Of a DNA stretch of 64,000 bases, positions 46,214 to 55,832 are shown piece after piece. Made by a program: the position numbers and the translations under genes. The stretch lies in the NCBI GenBank assembly GCA_947453415.1, contig CANGGG010000005.1:2688-66687 (forward strand), given 5' to 3'. The notes under the pieces were generated by a model, which worked only from the letters and a program-made list of their open reading frames with translations, ran no database searches and was not told the DNA's origin. The DNA is from Bacteroidota bacterium. GTDB taxonomy: Bacteria; Bacteroidota; Bacteroidia; UKL13-3. The stretch's first letter is position 1, and every line of letters begins with the position of its first letter.

Positions 46214-47686
46214 TTAAAAAGTAATACGCATCAAAGTAAATCGTTTGTCACGAATGGTGCAAGCCAAAAATGAATTTGCCGAAATTTGCTTACAATCGGT
46301 AGGAATAATTAAAACGCTTGCATTGATGGCTTTTACCAATATTTTATTATCGCTTTTACCTTTTACGCTAAATTTATTCATCAAAACATCCCCTTCTTGA
46401 TTTACATCTGCATTATAAATGGTATGAATTGCATCGTTTGTTACAAAACAAGTAATGGATGAGTAATAACCTCCATCACTTACTGATTGCTGTTCTTTAT
46501 TAATTACATCGCCAATTTCAAGCGAGCCATCTGCTTTGATACTTAACAACAATACATCGTTATAATTATAAACAATTCTGGTATTTGTTTGAGGAAATCC
46601 ATTTACATAATAAGTATATGATTGCCTTGTTAAATAATATTTTTCGGAAACTAAAAAAACCCCGCCATCACTTCTTGGAATTATTTTACGAATATAAATG
46701 TCATTTAAATCCATGGTTTTACTAAACGATATTTTTTCTTTTAATAATTTCAATGAAATTGAATCAATTACATTTACTTGAACAGCAGTAGTTTTCAAAT
46801 CAATAGTATGATAAAAATAACCACTGTTGTTTATTTCATCTTCTATGGCATAAAAACCAATTATATTCACTTGTTTAGATATATTATTGATTACAAATCC
46901 TAGGTCATCTATTTCTATTCCTGGTCTTGAAATGTCGTATTCTAACATATTTTCATTTAATTTATAAAAAGCATATAAAACAAATTTTCTGTTTTCATTT
47001 TTCTTTTTCTTTTTTCCCGTTTTAGGAAAGTCAAGTAATGTAAAAAAATTTCCTTCATTGTCTATATCACATTTGGTAAAACCAACGTCATTCAAGGCCT
47101 CATTTATTTCAAAAGTTTTGGCATAAATTGGCAATAAATTTTCATCAAAACCATATAAATACAAAGCAGCTTTTTCATTATTATTTTGACTGGCCTTGCC
47201 AATAAAACTTAAACTAAAAAATTTTTTATTGATGCTATTATTGATAGTTAAATCAATATTTTCATTTAACAACATCTCATCAACTGAAGCTAAAAGCACC
47301 ATTCCACCAGTTTGGTTTAAGTTCATATCAAGTTTAGTAACTAAAAAATCAATTTTATTTGTTGCAGTATTTTTAGCCGAAATGAAAACATATATTTGTT
47401 GATTGATTAGCAATACTTTTTCAATAAATGCTGGTATAGTTAAAGGTATATCTTTACTTAATTCAATGGTAAGTTTGTTGTTAAATTTCTCGATTAATAC
47501 ATTTTTCTTAAAATTATTATCGCGGCACCTAATGATAAATGTACCCATTTCATTGCTACCAATAATTTGAGTATAACTGTTTTTATTTTTTACTTTTACG
47601 GGTTGTCCAAACTCTATTGTTTGAGCATTTACATGCAATGAAAAAATAAAAAAAATAAAAATGCTTAGCAGCTTATGTTTATACAT
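46214..47686 (-). CDS. Secreted protein of unknown function
   Basis: 490 aa, signal peptide ...LHVNAQT, beta-rich, internal KKKKKNENRK. Confidence 0.7.
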   Translation of the reverse strand: MYKHKLLSIFIFFIFSLHVNAQTIEFGQPVKVKNKNSYTQIIGSNEMGTFIIRCRDNNFKKNVLIEKFNNKLTIELSKDIPLTIPAFIEKVLLINQQIYVFISAKNTATNKIDFLVTKLDMNLNQTGGMVLLASVDEMLLNENIDLTINNSINKKFFSLSFIGKASQNNNEKAALYLYGFDENLLPIYAKTFEINEALNDVGFTKCDIDNEGNFFTLLDFPKTGKKKKKNENRKFVLYAFYKLNENMLEYDISRPGIEIDDLGFVINNISKQVNIIGFYAIEDEINNSGYFYHTIDLKTTAVQVNVIDSISLKLLKEKISFSKTMDLNDIYIRKIIPRSDGGVFLVSEKYYLTRQSYTYYVNGFPQTNTRIVYNYNDVLLLSIKADGSLEIGDVINKEQQSVSDGGYYSSITCFVTNDAIHTIYNADVNQEGDVLMNKFSVKGKSDNKILVKAINASVLIIPTDCKQISANSFLACTIRDKRFTLMRITF

Positions 47687-47755
47687 TATTTTGCGACCTT
47701 TAAATAGAGTTGCAAATTAACAAAATAGCTCGTTTTAAAAATGATGATTATTTAA

Positions 47756-48910
47756 ATGGCAAAAAAAATATATGATACAGCAAAACCGCAGGAACGTGCA
47801 GTTTTGGTGGGAGTTGTTACTCCTGGTATGAAAATTGAAAAATCGCAAGAGTATATTGATGAGTTAGCATTTTTAGCTCAAACGGCAGGAGCAGTGGTTG
47901 AAAAACAGTTTTTACAACGCTTACCTCACCCTAGCTCTCGTACTTATGTAGGTGAGGGGAAACTAGCCGAAATATTAGAATATGTTACCGTTAGAGAAAT
48001 TGATATTGTAATTTTTGACGATGAGCTCAGTCCTTCGCAATTGCGAAATATTCAAAATGAATTGAAGGTAAAAATTTTGGATAGAAGTAATTTAATACTT
48101 GATATTTTTGCCAATAGAGCTACCACGGCTCAGGCTAAATATCAGGTAGAATTGGCACAAGCACAATATTTATTACCCCGCTTAACTAGAATGTGGACGC
48201 ATTTAACCAAACAAAAAGGTGGAATTGGAATGCGTGGACCAGGGGAAACTGAAATAGAAACTGATAGACGCTTACTTCGTGAAGAAATTAGCAAACTGAA
48301 AGAACGTTTAAAGCAAATTGACAAACAATCGGCTACACGCAGACAAAACCGCGATGAAAAAAAACGAGTGGCTTTGGTTGGTTACACCAATGTTGGTAAA
48401 TCAACTATTATGAATTTATTGAGTAAAAGCGAAGTTTTGGTGGAGAATAAATTATTTGCAACCTTAGACAGTACCGTTCGAAAAGTAGTTTTTGAAAATG
48501 TTCCTTTTTTATTAAGTGACACCGTTGGGTTTATCAGAAAATTACCGCATCAATTAATCGAAAGTTTTAAATCAACCTTAGATGAAGTGCGTGAAGCAGA
48601 CTTGTTACTGCATGTTGTTGACATTAGCCACGAAAATTTTGAGGAGCAATTAAATTTGGTAAACAGCACCTTATTAGAAATTGGCGCAAGCAATAAAAAA
48701 CAATTACTTATTTTTAATAAAATAGATCAATTGAAGGAACCGCTTGAACCAGACGATCCGTTTGGCGAAGAAACAGAACACTTGACTTATATAGAAAAAC
48801 TTAAAAATACTTGGATGGCCAAAGAAAACGGACAAGTAATTTTTATTTCAGCTACAAAAAAAGTAAATATTGACGAGCTAAGAAGCAAAATTATAGCTGC
48901 CATCAAATAA
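47756..48910 (+). CDS. hflX: GTPase HflX
   Basis: ...GGIGMRGPGETEIETDRR..., G1 GYTNVGKST, G3 DTVGF. Confidence 0.95.
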   Translation: MAKKIYDTAKPQERAVLVGVVTPGMKIEKSQEYIDELAFLAQTAGAVVEKQFLQRLPHPSSRTYVGEGKLAEILEYVTVREIDIVIFDDELSPSQLRNIQNELKVKILDRSNLILDIFANRATTAQAKYQVELAQAQYLLPRLTRMWTHLTKQKGGIGMRGPGETEIETDRRLLREEISKLKERLKQIDKQSATRRQNRDEKKRVALVGYTNVGKSTIMNLLSKSEVLVENKLFATLDSTVRKVVFENVPFLLSDTVGFIRKLPHQLIESFKSTLDEVREADLLLHVVDISHENFEEQLNLVNSTLLEIGASNKKQLLIFNKIDQLKEPLEPDDPFGEETEHLTYIEKLKNTWMAKENGQVIFISATKKVNIDELRSKIIAAIK

Positions 48911-48931
48911 AAATTTAAAGTTTAATTCAAT

Positions 48932-48961
48932 AAAAAAGCCCAAATTAATTTGGGCTTTTTG
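48932..48961. terminator. Bidirectional terminator between hflX and the helicase gene
   Basis: AAAAAAGCCCAAATTAATTTGGGCTTTTTG palindrome flanked by an A-run and a T-run. Confidence 0.85.
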
Positions 48962-48980
48962 TATTATTTTGATTAATTAT

Positions 48981-49015
48981 TAGCTATCAATTGAAAACTA
49001 TCAACTGAAAACTAA
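48981..49015. repeat. CTATCAAYTGAAAA 14-nt tandem repeat (2.5 units)
   Basis: ctatcaattgaaaa ctatcaactgaaaa ctaatta, abutting the helicase stop codon. Confidence 0.7.
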
Positions 49016-51061
49016 TTAATCTCTTCTTGGTCTTCTTGGTCTATCAGAACTTGGCCTGTCAGAACTTGGTCTGTCAAAGTTAGGTCTGTCACCGCTTGGT
49101 CTATCAGAACCGCCTCTGCTACTTCCACCGCTATACGATCTGTTTCTACCTCCATCTCTGGTTCCGTATCCACTTTTTTCGCTAAAGCTGCTTCTGTCGC
49201 TTGAGCTATTTCTGTCGCCACCAGCATCTCTTCCATAGCTACTTCTTTCGGTTCTTTCGCCACCGCTTCTTCTTTCTCTATCTCCTCCTCCACTTCTTCT
49301 ATCACCACCACCATAACTTGAACCACCTTCGCTTCTGCGGCTGCTATATCCGCCACCGCTTCTACCGCCTCTATCTCCACCACGGTCTCCGCGGCTATCA
49401 CCACCACGAGAGTTTCTACCTTCTCTTGAACCACCTGGTTTTTCGCCACTTAATTCAGCTCTAACTGGTCTGTCTTCGTAGGTTTTTCCGTTCAATGAAG
49501 TAATTACTTTTTCGGCAAATTCTTCTTTCACATCTACAAAACTAAATACTCCACTTACGTCAACGTGAATATCAGTATAATCTAAGCCACTTTCTTGCGC
49601 AACCCAATCTTTAAAACTACGAATGGTTAATCCGTCTTTTTTACCAATGCTAACAAAAATTCTTTGACCTCTTACATTGCCTCCGCGTTCGCTACGTTCA
49701 CCACGTTCACTATCGCGTGAAGTTCTTTCGCCACTGGTATTTAAGTCAGGTGCATTTAAGTATTCAGCACTGAATCTACGTAATTCTAACGATAAAAATT
49801 TCTGAACTAATTCTTCCGATGGCATTTCTAATAAAGGCTTTAAACCTTCCATTACTTTTTCATCAAAAATGCTAGTTTCTATTTCAGTATTTACAATCGT
49901 ATCAATGAAAGCTACTAATTTTTTATCTCTTACTTCTTCAGCACTAGGAATTAATATTTTTTCAAATTTCACTTTACTTAAGCGTTCAATATCTCTTAAA
50001 CGTCCGTTTTCACGCATGTTTAATAAGGTAAATGAAACACCTAATTTTCCTGCACGAGCTGTTCTTCCACTTCTGTGAGTGTAGTTTTCAATATCATCTG
50101 GTAAATGAAAATGGATAACGTGAGTAATTCCAGTTACATCAATTCCACGAGCTGCTACGTCAGTTGCTAATAATATTTTAATAGCATGATGACGGAAGCG
50201 GTTCATTACTTTTTCGCGTTGTCCTTGGCTTAAATCGCCATGTAAACAATCTGCATTGTAACCATCTTTAATTAATTTATCGCTTATATCTTGTGTTTCA
50301 TGTTTAGTAGTACAGAAGATAATTGCATAAATGTTGTCGCTATTAAAATCCAAATAACGTTTTAACGCTGGATATTTATCGCGGGCATGAACTGCAGCAT
50401 ACTGATGCGTAATGTTTTCATTACCAGTATTTTTTTGGCCAACAGTAATTTCATGTGGATCGTTCATGTATTTGTTTGCAATGTTTCTGATGCCTTTAGG
50501 CATGGTAGCACTGAATAAACACACTCTTTTTTCTTTAGGAGTTTCTGCTAAAATGTATTCTACATCTTCTTCAAAACCCATGTTAAGCATTTCATCTGCT
50601 TCATCTAAAACTACATACTTAACGGTTGAAATGTTAAGCGCTCTGCGGTTCATTAAATCCATTAAACGACCAGGAGTTGCAACAATGATGTTTGCCCCTC
50701 TTTTTATGTCGCTAATTTGACGTTCAATGCTTGCTCCACCATAAACAGCCACGATGTTAATGCCTGATTTGTTTTTGCTGTAATTTCCAAGATCTCTGCT
50801 AATTTGCATACAAAGCTCACGTGTAGGACAAATAACTAATGCTTGTACTGACCTGTTGGTAGTATCTATTAGTTGAATAATTGGCAGGCCAAATGCTGCT
50901 GTTTTACCGGTTCCTGTGTGGGCTAATCCCAAAATATCTTGCCCTGTTTCTAAAAACACAGGAATAGACTGTTCCTGTATCGGGGTGGGGTTCTCAAAAC
51001 CCAATTCTTGAATCGCATTCAAGATAGACGTCTCTACGCCCAGTTCACTAAAATTTTTCAA
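49016..51061 (-). CDS. DEAD-box ATP-dependent RNA helicase with DbpA-type RNA-binding domain and about 143-aa RGG/Ser-Asp-Arg tail
   Basis: TTG start; Q motif GFENPTPIQ, AHTGTGKT, DEAD, SAT, HRSGRTARAG; tail GGSREGRNSRGGDSRGDRGGDRGG...DRPSSDRPRRPRRD. Confidence 0.93.
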   Translation of the reverse strand: MKNFSELGVETSILNAIQELGFENPTPIQEQSIPVFLETGQDILGLAHTGTGKTAAFGLPIIQLIDTTNRSVQALVICPTRELCMQISRDLGNYSKNKSGINIVAVYGGASIERQISDIKRGANIIVATPGRLMDLMNRRALNISTVKYVVLDEADEMLNMGFEEDVEYILAETPKEKRVCLFSATMPKGIRNIANKYMNDPHEITVGQKNTGNENITHQYAAVHARDKYPALKRYLDFNSDNIYAIIFCTTKHETQDISDKLIKDGYNADCLHGDLSQGQREKVMNRFRHHAIKILLATDVAARGIDVTGITHVIHFHLPDDIENYTHRSGRTARAGKLGVSFTLLNMRENGRLRDIERLSKVKFEKILIPSAEEVRDKKLVAFIDTIVNTEIETSIFDEKVMEGLKPLLEMPSEELVQKFLSLELRRFSAEYLNAPDLNTSGERTSRDSERGERSERGGNVRGQRIFVSIGKKDGLTIRSFKDWVAQESGLDYTDIHVDVSGVFSFVDVKEEFAEKVITSLNGKTYEDRPVRAELSGEKPGGSREGRNSRGGDSRGDRGGDRGGRSGGGYSSRRSEGGSSYGGGDRRSGGGDRERRSGGERTERSSYGRDAGGDRNSSSDRSSFSEKSGYGTRDGGRNRSYSGGSSRGGSDRPSGDRPNFDRPSSDRPSSDRPRRPRRD

Positions 51062-51084
51062 AGTACTTTATTAAAAATAAGCTG

Positions 51085-51092
51085 CAAATATA
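51085..51092 (-). promoter_or_regulatory. -7 box TATATTTG for the helicase gene
   Basis: Plus CAAATATA 24 nt upstream of the TTG start. Confidence 0.5.
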
Positions 51093-51246
51093 TGTAAATA
51101 ATTGACAAATTGGTTTTTAGTGAGATAAATAAGTTTTGGTGTATCATTATTCTTCACCCTTAAGTACGAAAAGTGCTAATAAAAAAATTTAAAGCGAATA
51201 ATGTTGATACAATTGTTGGCTAAAAAAAATTCTTTTTCGTGGTTTT

Positions 51247-51340
51247 AACTTTGTCAAAGTCTTGAACTTTGACAAAACCTTTCCCGCACATCCGGCTGGT
51301 TCGGATTTGCAATCCGCTTTCTAACTTGCCAATTATGATG
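51247..51340. repeat. Cluster of palindromic word repeats (AACTTTGTCAAAGT, CGGATTTGCAATCCG)
   Basis: aactttgtcaaagtcttgaactttgacaaaacc ... cggatttgcaatccg; first word shared with 18207-18240. Confidence 0.65.
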
Positions 51341-51453
51341 CAAATGAATAAAAATAGTTGTTTTTCGCATTACAAATGCTAATAATATGAAGTGCGGTTT
51401 GCAAAAAAACACCAACTCTTCTTTCGAATTTCGATATTAATTATTCGAATTTC

Positions 51454-53415
51454 CTAGTTGCCCCAGCTTCTTAATGAGCGAATCAGAATCAAAAAATCTT
51501 TTTCTACTGAGTAATCTTTGGCGTATAAAAAGTTTAATTTTTGAATGGTAATGGCATTATAACTTTTACCAGTTAGGTTATCTATTGGGTTTAAAACTCC
51601 TTGTCTTAAGCTAGGAAGTAGTTTAATATTATCGGCTTTTGCATAACCAACCCAAGTTTTTTCACCTACTAATACCTGTGCCCAATTTTTAATAAACTGT
51701 GTTTTATTTTTTATAATTAATCCAATAATTGGTATAAAAGGAAGCACAAAAATGGAGAATAAAATATCGAACATACGTTTCTTTTGTTGCTCCCAAGCCT
51801 TACTTAGCGATAAGTTTAATTCAATGGTGTAAAAATCGCCAGGGGTATTTTTGTTATTACTTCCAATGATAAAAAGACTTTCTTCTGGAACTATTTTAAA
51901 CAACAATTCTTGTTGTTTCATTCGTCCCATCCATTCTATGATTTGCGAAGCAGCCAAATCCTTGGAACAAAAAATGATTTCTTCAATTTTTAAAACATCT
52001 ACAATTTCACTCAACTGAGAAACATTTCCTAAATATTGATCATCGTTTACGCTTTTATCGTCAATGGAAATAAAGCCAAAATAATCGGTTTTGGCTTTCG
52101 ATTTTACCAATAAATCTTGAACTCGGCTAACTTCATTATAGTTTCCAACTATTGCGGTACGCAGCCTGTTACTAAAACTAAAGCTTAATTTTCCGTTTTT
52201 TAACCAAAACAGCATGAACCTGTCGAAGTAAGTCATAGCAATGGTACTGACAGTTCCAAGAACAATAATGGCTCTACTGAATCGGTATGAATCGTCAAGG
52301 AAAGCGTAAAAAACAGCAATGGCAAGCGAACCAGCAAGTACTCCTTTGCTTACACTTAAAAATGTTTTTCGTTTATTATATGCTCCTGCCAAATACAAAC
52401 CTAGCATCCATAAACCAGCGTAAATACTGCTGTTCAGCAAAACTAAATTTAGGCTGTAAGCTGTGTAAGTTTCAAATTTATAGAACGAATATGCTTTACT
52501 AATTACAAACATGCTGAGCATAATTAGCAGTAAATCGATGAAGGGTAAATACAATTTTTTAACAAATCGAATAATTATAGAAGCAGCTGCTCTTAAATAA
52601 ATAGCAAAGTTGATTAATATTCCAAAAGTTTGCGCATGTTTTTGCGAATAATGCTTTTGTGCAAAAATGATCATGGCACGGTAAAAGGTAAAAACAAAGT
52701 TTACACTTGTTTTCTTGGTACTTTCACCTTTGTAATGAATAATGGTAGTTTCGGGGAAATAGTAATTAAAAAATCCTGCTTTGGTAACTCGGTAACTTAA
52801 ATCGATGTCTTCACCATACATAAAATAATCTTCATCAAGCAAGCCAATTTTATCTAAAACAGTTTTGCGAAGCATCATAAAAGCACCTGCTAATACATCA
52901 ACTTGGTGAGTTTTATTTTTGTCTAAAAAGCCTAAATGGTATTTTCCAAATCTTTTTGATTTTGGGAATAATGCTGCAAATCCAAATATTTTATAAAACG
53001 CTACAGTTGGAGTTGGCAATCCGCGTTTACTTTCAGGTAAAAATTTACCCGATCCATCAATCATTTTAACACCCACACAACCAGCATCTGGGGTTTGTTC
53101 CATAAAAGCAATTGTTTTACTAAAACAAGTTTCTTCAACTACGGTATCAGGATTTAAAAGTAAAACAAATTCGCCTTTAGCTATTCTAATAGCTTGGTTA
53201 TTGGCTTTACTAAAACCTACATTTTCTTTGTTTTCAATTAATATAACTTGATTAGCAAACTTGTGTTTTACCATTTCGCAACTTCCATCAACCGAATGGT
53301 TGTCAACTACAATAATTTCTGCATCAATGCCGTTACAAGCTTTCTTTACGGAGTAAAGTGCTTGTTCAAGAAAATATTTTACGTTATAGTTAACTATTAC
53401 TACTGAAAGTTTCAA
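51454..53415 (-). CDS. Family 2 glycosyltransferase fused to a polytopic membrane domain and a truncated sugar-transferase-like C-terminus
   Basis: 653 aa, TTG start; GT2 motifs VVIVNYN...VVDNHSVDGS...DED; TM block from about residue 270 to 400; C-terminal KRMFDILFSIFVLPF...VGEKTWVGY. Confidence 0.85.
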   Translation of the reverse strand: MKLSVVIVNYNVKYFLEQALYSVKKACNGIDAEIIVVDNHSVDGSCEMVKHKFANQVILIENKENVGFSKANNQAIRIAKGEFVLLLNPDTVVEETCFSKTIAFMEQTPDAGCVGVKMIDGSGKFLPESKRGLPTPTVAFYKIFGFAALFPKSKRFGKYHLGFLDKNKTHQVDVLAGAFMMLRKTVLDKIGLLDEDYFMYGEDIDLSYRVTKAGFFNYYFPETTIIHYKGESTKKTSVNFVFTFYRAMIIFAQKHYSQKHAQTFGILINFAIYLRAAASIIIRFVKKLYLPFIDLLLIMLSMFVISKAYSFYKFETYTAYSLNLVLLNSSIYAGLWMLGLYLAGAYNKRKTFLSVSKGVLAGSLAIAVFYAFLDDSYRFSRAIIVLGTVSTIAMTYFDRFMLFWLKNGKLSFSFSNRLRTAIVGNYNEVSRVQDLLVKSKAKTDYFGFISIDDKSVNDDQYLGNVSQLSEIVDVLKIEEIIFCSKDLAASQIIEWMGRMKQQELLFKIVPEESLFIIGSNNKNTPGDFYTIELNLSLSKAWEQQKKRMFDILFSIFVLPFIPIIGLIIKNKTQFIKNWAQVLVGEKTWVGYAKADNIKLLPSLRQGVLNPIDNLTGKSYNAITIQKLNFLYAKDYSVEKDFLILIRSLRSWGN

Positions 53416-53445
53416 ATGCTTAAAAGTCTTTATGAATTAAGTGTA

Positions 53446-53453
53446 CAAATATA
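53446..53453 (-). promoter_or_regulatory. -7 box TATATTTG for the GT2 gene
   Basis: Plus CAAATATA 31 nt upstream of the start. Confidence 0.5.
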
Positions 53454-53676
53454 TGCTTTGTAAAATTTTATTTTTATTTTTTTTGATAAATACTTAAATA
53501 TAACAAAATAAAACAAACGAACGATTTAAATTTAGTTTTGGTATAAATATTTTTCAAACAGAATGTAGTTTACTGTAAACCATAAATATACTAATTTATA
53601 ATACAGGTTAAAGTAAAAAAATGAATCATAAAATTGAGATATAATTTAAAAATGTTTTATTTGAGGCCAAGAATTT

Positions 53677-54762
53677 ATGAAAGTATTTAATAAAATTGTT
53701 TTATTTTTTAATTGGGTAATCATATTCCTATTAGTTGGTGCCTATTTAGCGGCATATATTAGCCCTGTTCAAGCTTGGTATTTTGCTTTTTTAGGTTTAG
53801 CATTTCCCATCATTTTAATATTAAATGCTTGCTTTGTTGTTTATTGGTTATTTAATTTAAATTGGAATATTTTATATTCATTGGTAAGCATCGTAATTGG
53901 GTTTTATACTGTTCAAAAATTCATTCAATTTGGAACAATAAAAAAAGAAAATGAAGCAAACAGTTTAAACATTGTAGATTTTAACACTAAATCGTTTGGC
54001 GCATTTGAAGGGGTAAAATACGATAAAGAATTATTTTTTGAAACATTGACATTACTCAAACCAGATATTATGTGCTTCCAAGAATTTGTATCAATGAATA
54101 CACCCATTGAGAAACCAATGTTTGAAAAATTAATTGCTGATTACAAACAATTTTATAAATTTAATTTACAAGAAACAAAAAATGCTGTAACGGGTTATAG
54201 TGTAAGTATTTTAAGCCGATATCCTATTGTAAATTCAGGGTTTGTAGAACGTTTAAATGACAATGGAAATTGCACCATATTTTCTGATATTTTGTTTAAA
54301 AACGATACCATAAGAATAATTTCAACGCATTTAAAATCAATTGCATTTGATAAAAATGACTATAAAACTGTAGCTGAAATAAATGAAACCAATAAAAATT
54401 CAAATGTGAATTATCTTGATATAAAAAATATAGCAAGTAAATTAAAACGTGCTTTTATTAATAGGTCGAAACAAGCAGAAGCAATTCGTAAATTTATTGA
54501 TGAAAGTAAACATAAAATAATAATAACAGGCGATTTTAATGATTCACCAGCAAGCTATGCTTACAATATAATTAAGGGTGATATGAAAGATGCTTTTACA
54601 GAAAGTGGTGCTGGATTTAGCTCTACTTATATTGGTAAAATGCCTAATTTTAGAATAGATTATATTTTGGCAGACAAAGATTTTGAAATTTATAATTATA
54701 AGCCACATATTATGAATTTTAGCGACCATAAAATGATCAGTGCAACTGTAAAAATCAATTAA
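53677..54762 (+). CDS. Endonuclease/exonuclease/phosphatase (EEP) family protein with N-terminal TM anchor
   Basis: 361 aa, three TM helices, ...MCFQEF..., ...ITGDFND..., ...SDHKMI. Confidence 0.85.
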   Translation: MKVFNKIVLFFNWVIIFLLVGAYLAAYISPVQAWYFAFLGLAFPIILILNACFVVYWLFNLNWNILYSLVSIVIGFYTVQKFIQFGTIKKENEANSLNIVDFNTKSFGAFEGVKYDKELFFETLTLLKPDIMCFQEFVSMNTPIEKPMFEKLIADYKQFYKFNLQETKNAVTGYSVSILSRYPIVNSGFVERLNDNGNCTIFSDILFKNDTIRIISTHLKSIAFDKNDYKTVAEINETNKNSNVNYLDIKNIASKLKRAFINRSKQAEAIRKFIDESKHKIIITGDFNDSPASYAYNIIKGDMKDAFTESGAGFSSTYIGKMPNFRIDYILADKDFEIYNYKPHIMNFSDHKMISATVKIN

Positions 54763-54792
54763 ATATTGTTAATAATTTAGTATTATTGCAAT

Positions 54793-55710
54793 ATGGCATT
54801 TGAAGTTACCATATTAGGAAATAGCAGTGCCTCGCCTGCTCCAAACCGTCATCCTAGCGGTCAATATATCAATATTTTGGATCACCATATTTTAGTTGAT
54901 TGTGGTGAGGGAACGCAAATGCAATTGCAACGCTACAAGATAAAAAAATCGAGAATCAATCAAATATTTATTAGCCATGTTCATGGCGACCACATACTTG
55001 GATTACCAGGACTACTGCTTAGTATGAACTTAATGAGTAGGGAAAATCCCATTCATATTTATGGACCAAAAGAGCTTTTTGAAATATTAAATGTGTTTTT
55101 TAAACACAGTGAATCACGTTTTAGTTTTGAATTGAATTACCATACCATTGACCCTAATAAAACAGAAATTTTATTTGAAAATATCTATTATAAAGTAATT
55201 TCATTTCCTTTATTTCATCGAGTTCCAACTGCTGGATTTTTATTTCAAGAACGCAGTAAATTAAGAAAATTAAATATTGAAGTTTGCGAAAAACATAAAA
55301 TTCCTTTTACTCATTTTAACGATTTAAAAAGAGGGAAAGATTATATGAGTCCTGATGGAAAAGTACATATTGAAAATGATTTACTCACTTTTGAACCAGG
55401 AAAACCAATTACTTATGCCTATTGTAGCGATACCATTTTTGATGAAAGAGTGATAAAATCAGTTGAAAATGCTGATATATTATACCATGAATCTACATTT
55501 TTGCATGATAAATTGCAACGTGCCATTGACACCATGCATACTACTTCAAAACAAGCAGGTATAGTGGCAAACAGAGCCCATGTAGAAAAATTAATCATTG
55601 GTCATTTTAGTGCTCGTTATGACGATTTGCAACCATTACTCTTAGAAGCTAGAACTGAATTTATTAATACTGAAATAGCTGATGAAGGAAGAACTTTTAT
55701 AATGGAATAA
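54793..55710 (+). CDS. rnz: Ribonuclease Z
   Basis: 305 aa, metallo-beta-lactamase HxHxDH motif ISHVHGDHILGLPGLL. Confidence 0.92.
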   Translation: MAFEVTILGNSSASPAPNRHPSGQYINILDHHILVDCGEGTQMQLQRYKIKKSRINQIFISHVHGDHILGLPGLLLSMNLMSRENPIHIYGPKELFEILNVFFKHSESRFSFELNYHTIDPNKTEILFENIYYKVISFPLFHRVPTAGFLFQERSKLRKLNIEVCEKHKIPFTHFNDLKRGKDYMSPDGKVHIENDLLTFEPGKPITYAYCSDTIFDERVIKSVENADILYHESTFLHDKLQRAIDTMHTTSKQAGIVANRAHVEKLIIGHFSARYDDLQPLLLEARTEFINTEIADEGRTFIME

Positions 55711-55807
55711 TTAACAGAAATTTGCTGATTAAAGACATTCATATTGTTTTTTTTAAACCCTATTTATTTTGAATGGTTTTATAGAATTTACAATGCAATA
55801 AAAAACT

Positions 55808-55815
55808 TATATTTG
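55808..55815 (+). promoter_or_regulatory. -7 box TATATTTG for the methyltransferase gene
   Basis: Exact TAnnTTTG 18 nt upstream of the ATG. Confidence 0.5.
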
Positions 55816-55832
55816 CCATCTTAAAATTATAC

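Noticed and set aside
49012-49464. 145-aa minus-strand and 87-aa plus-strand ORFs overlapping the helicase tail
   Set aside because: They are alternative-frame readings of the repetitive RGG-coding DNA (EAVE.. and HHH.. low complexity). The helicase frame is continuous with the conserved domains.
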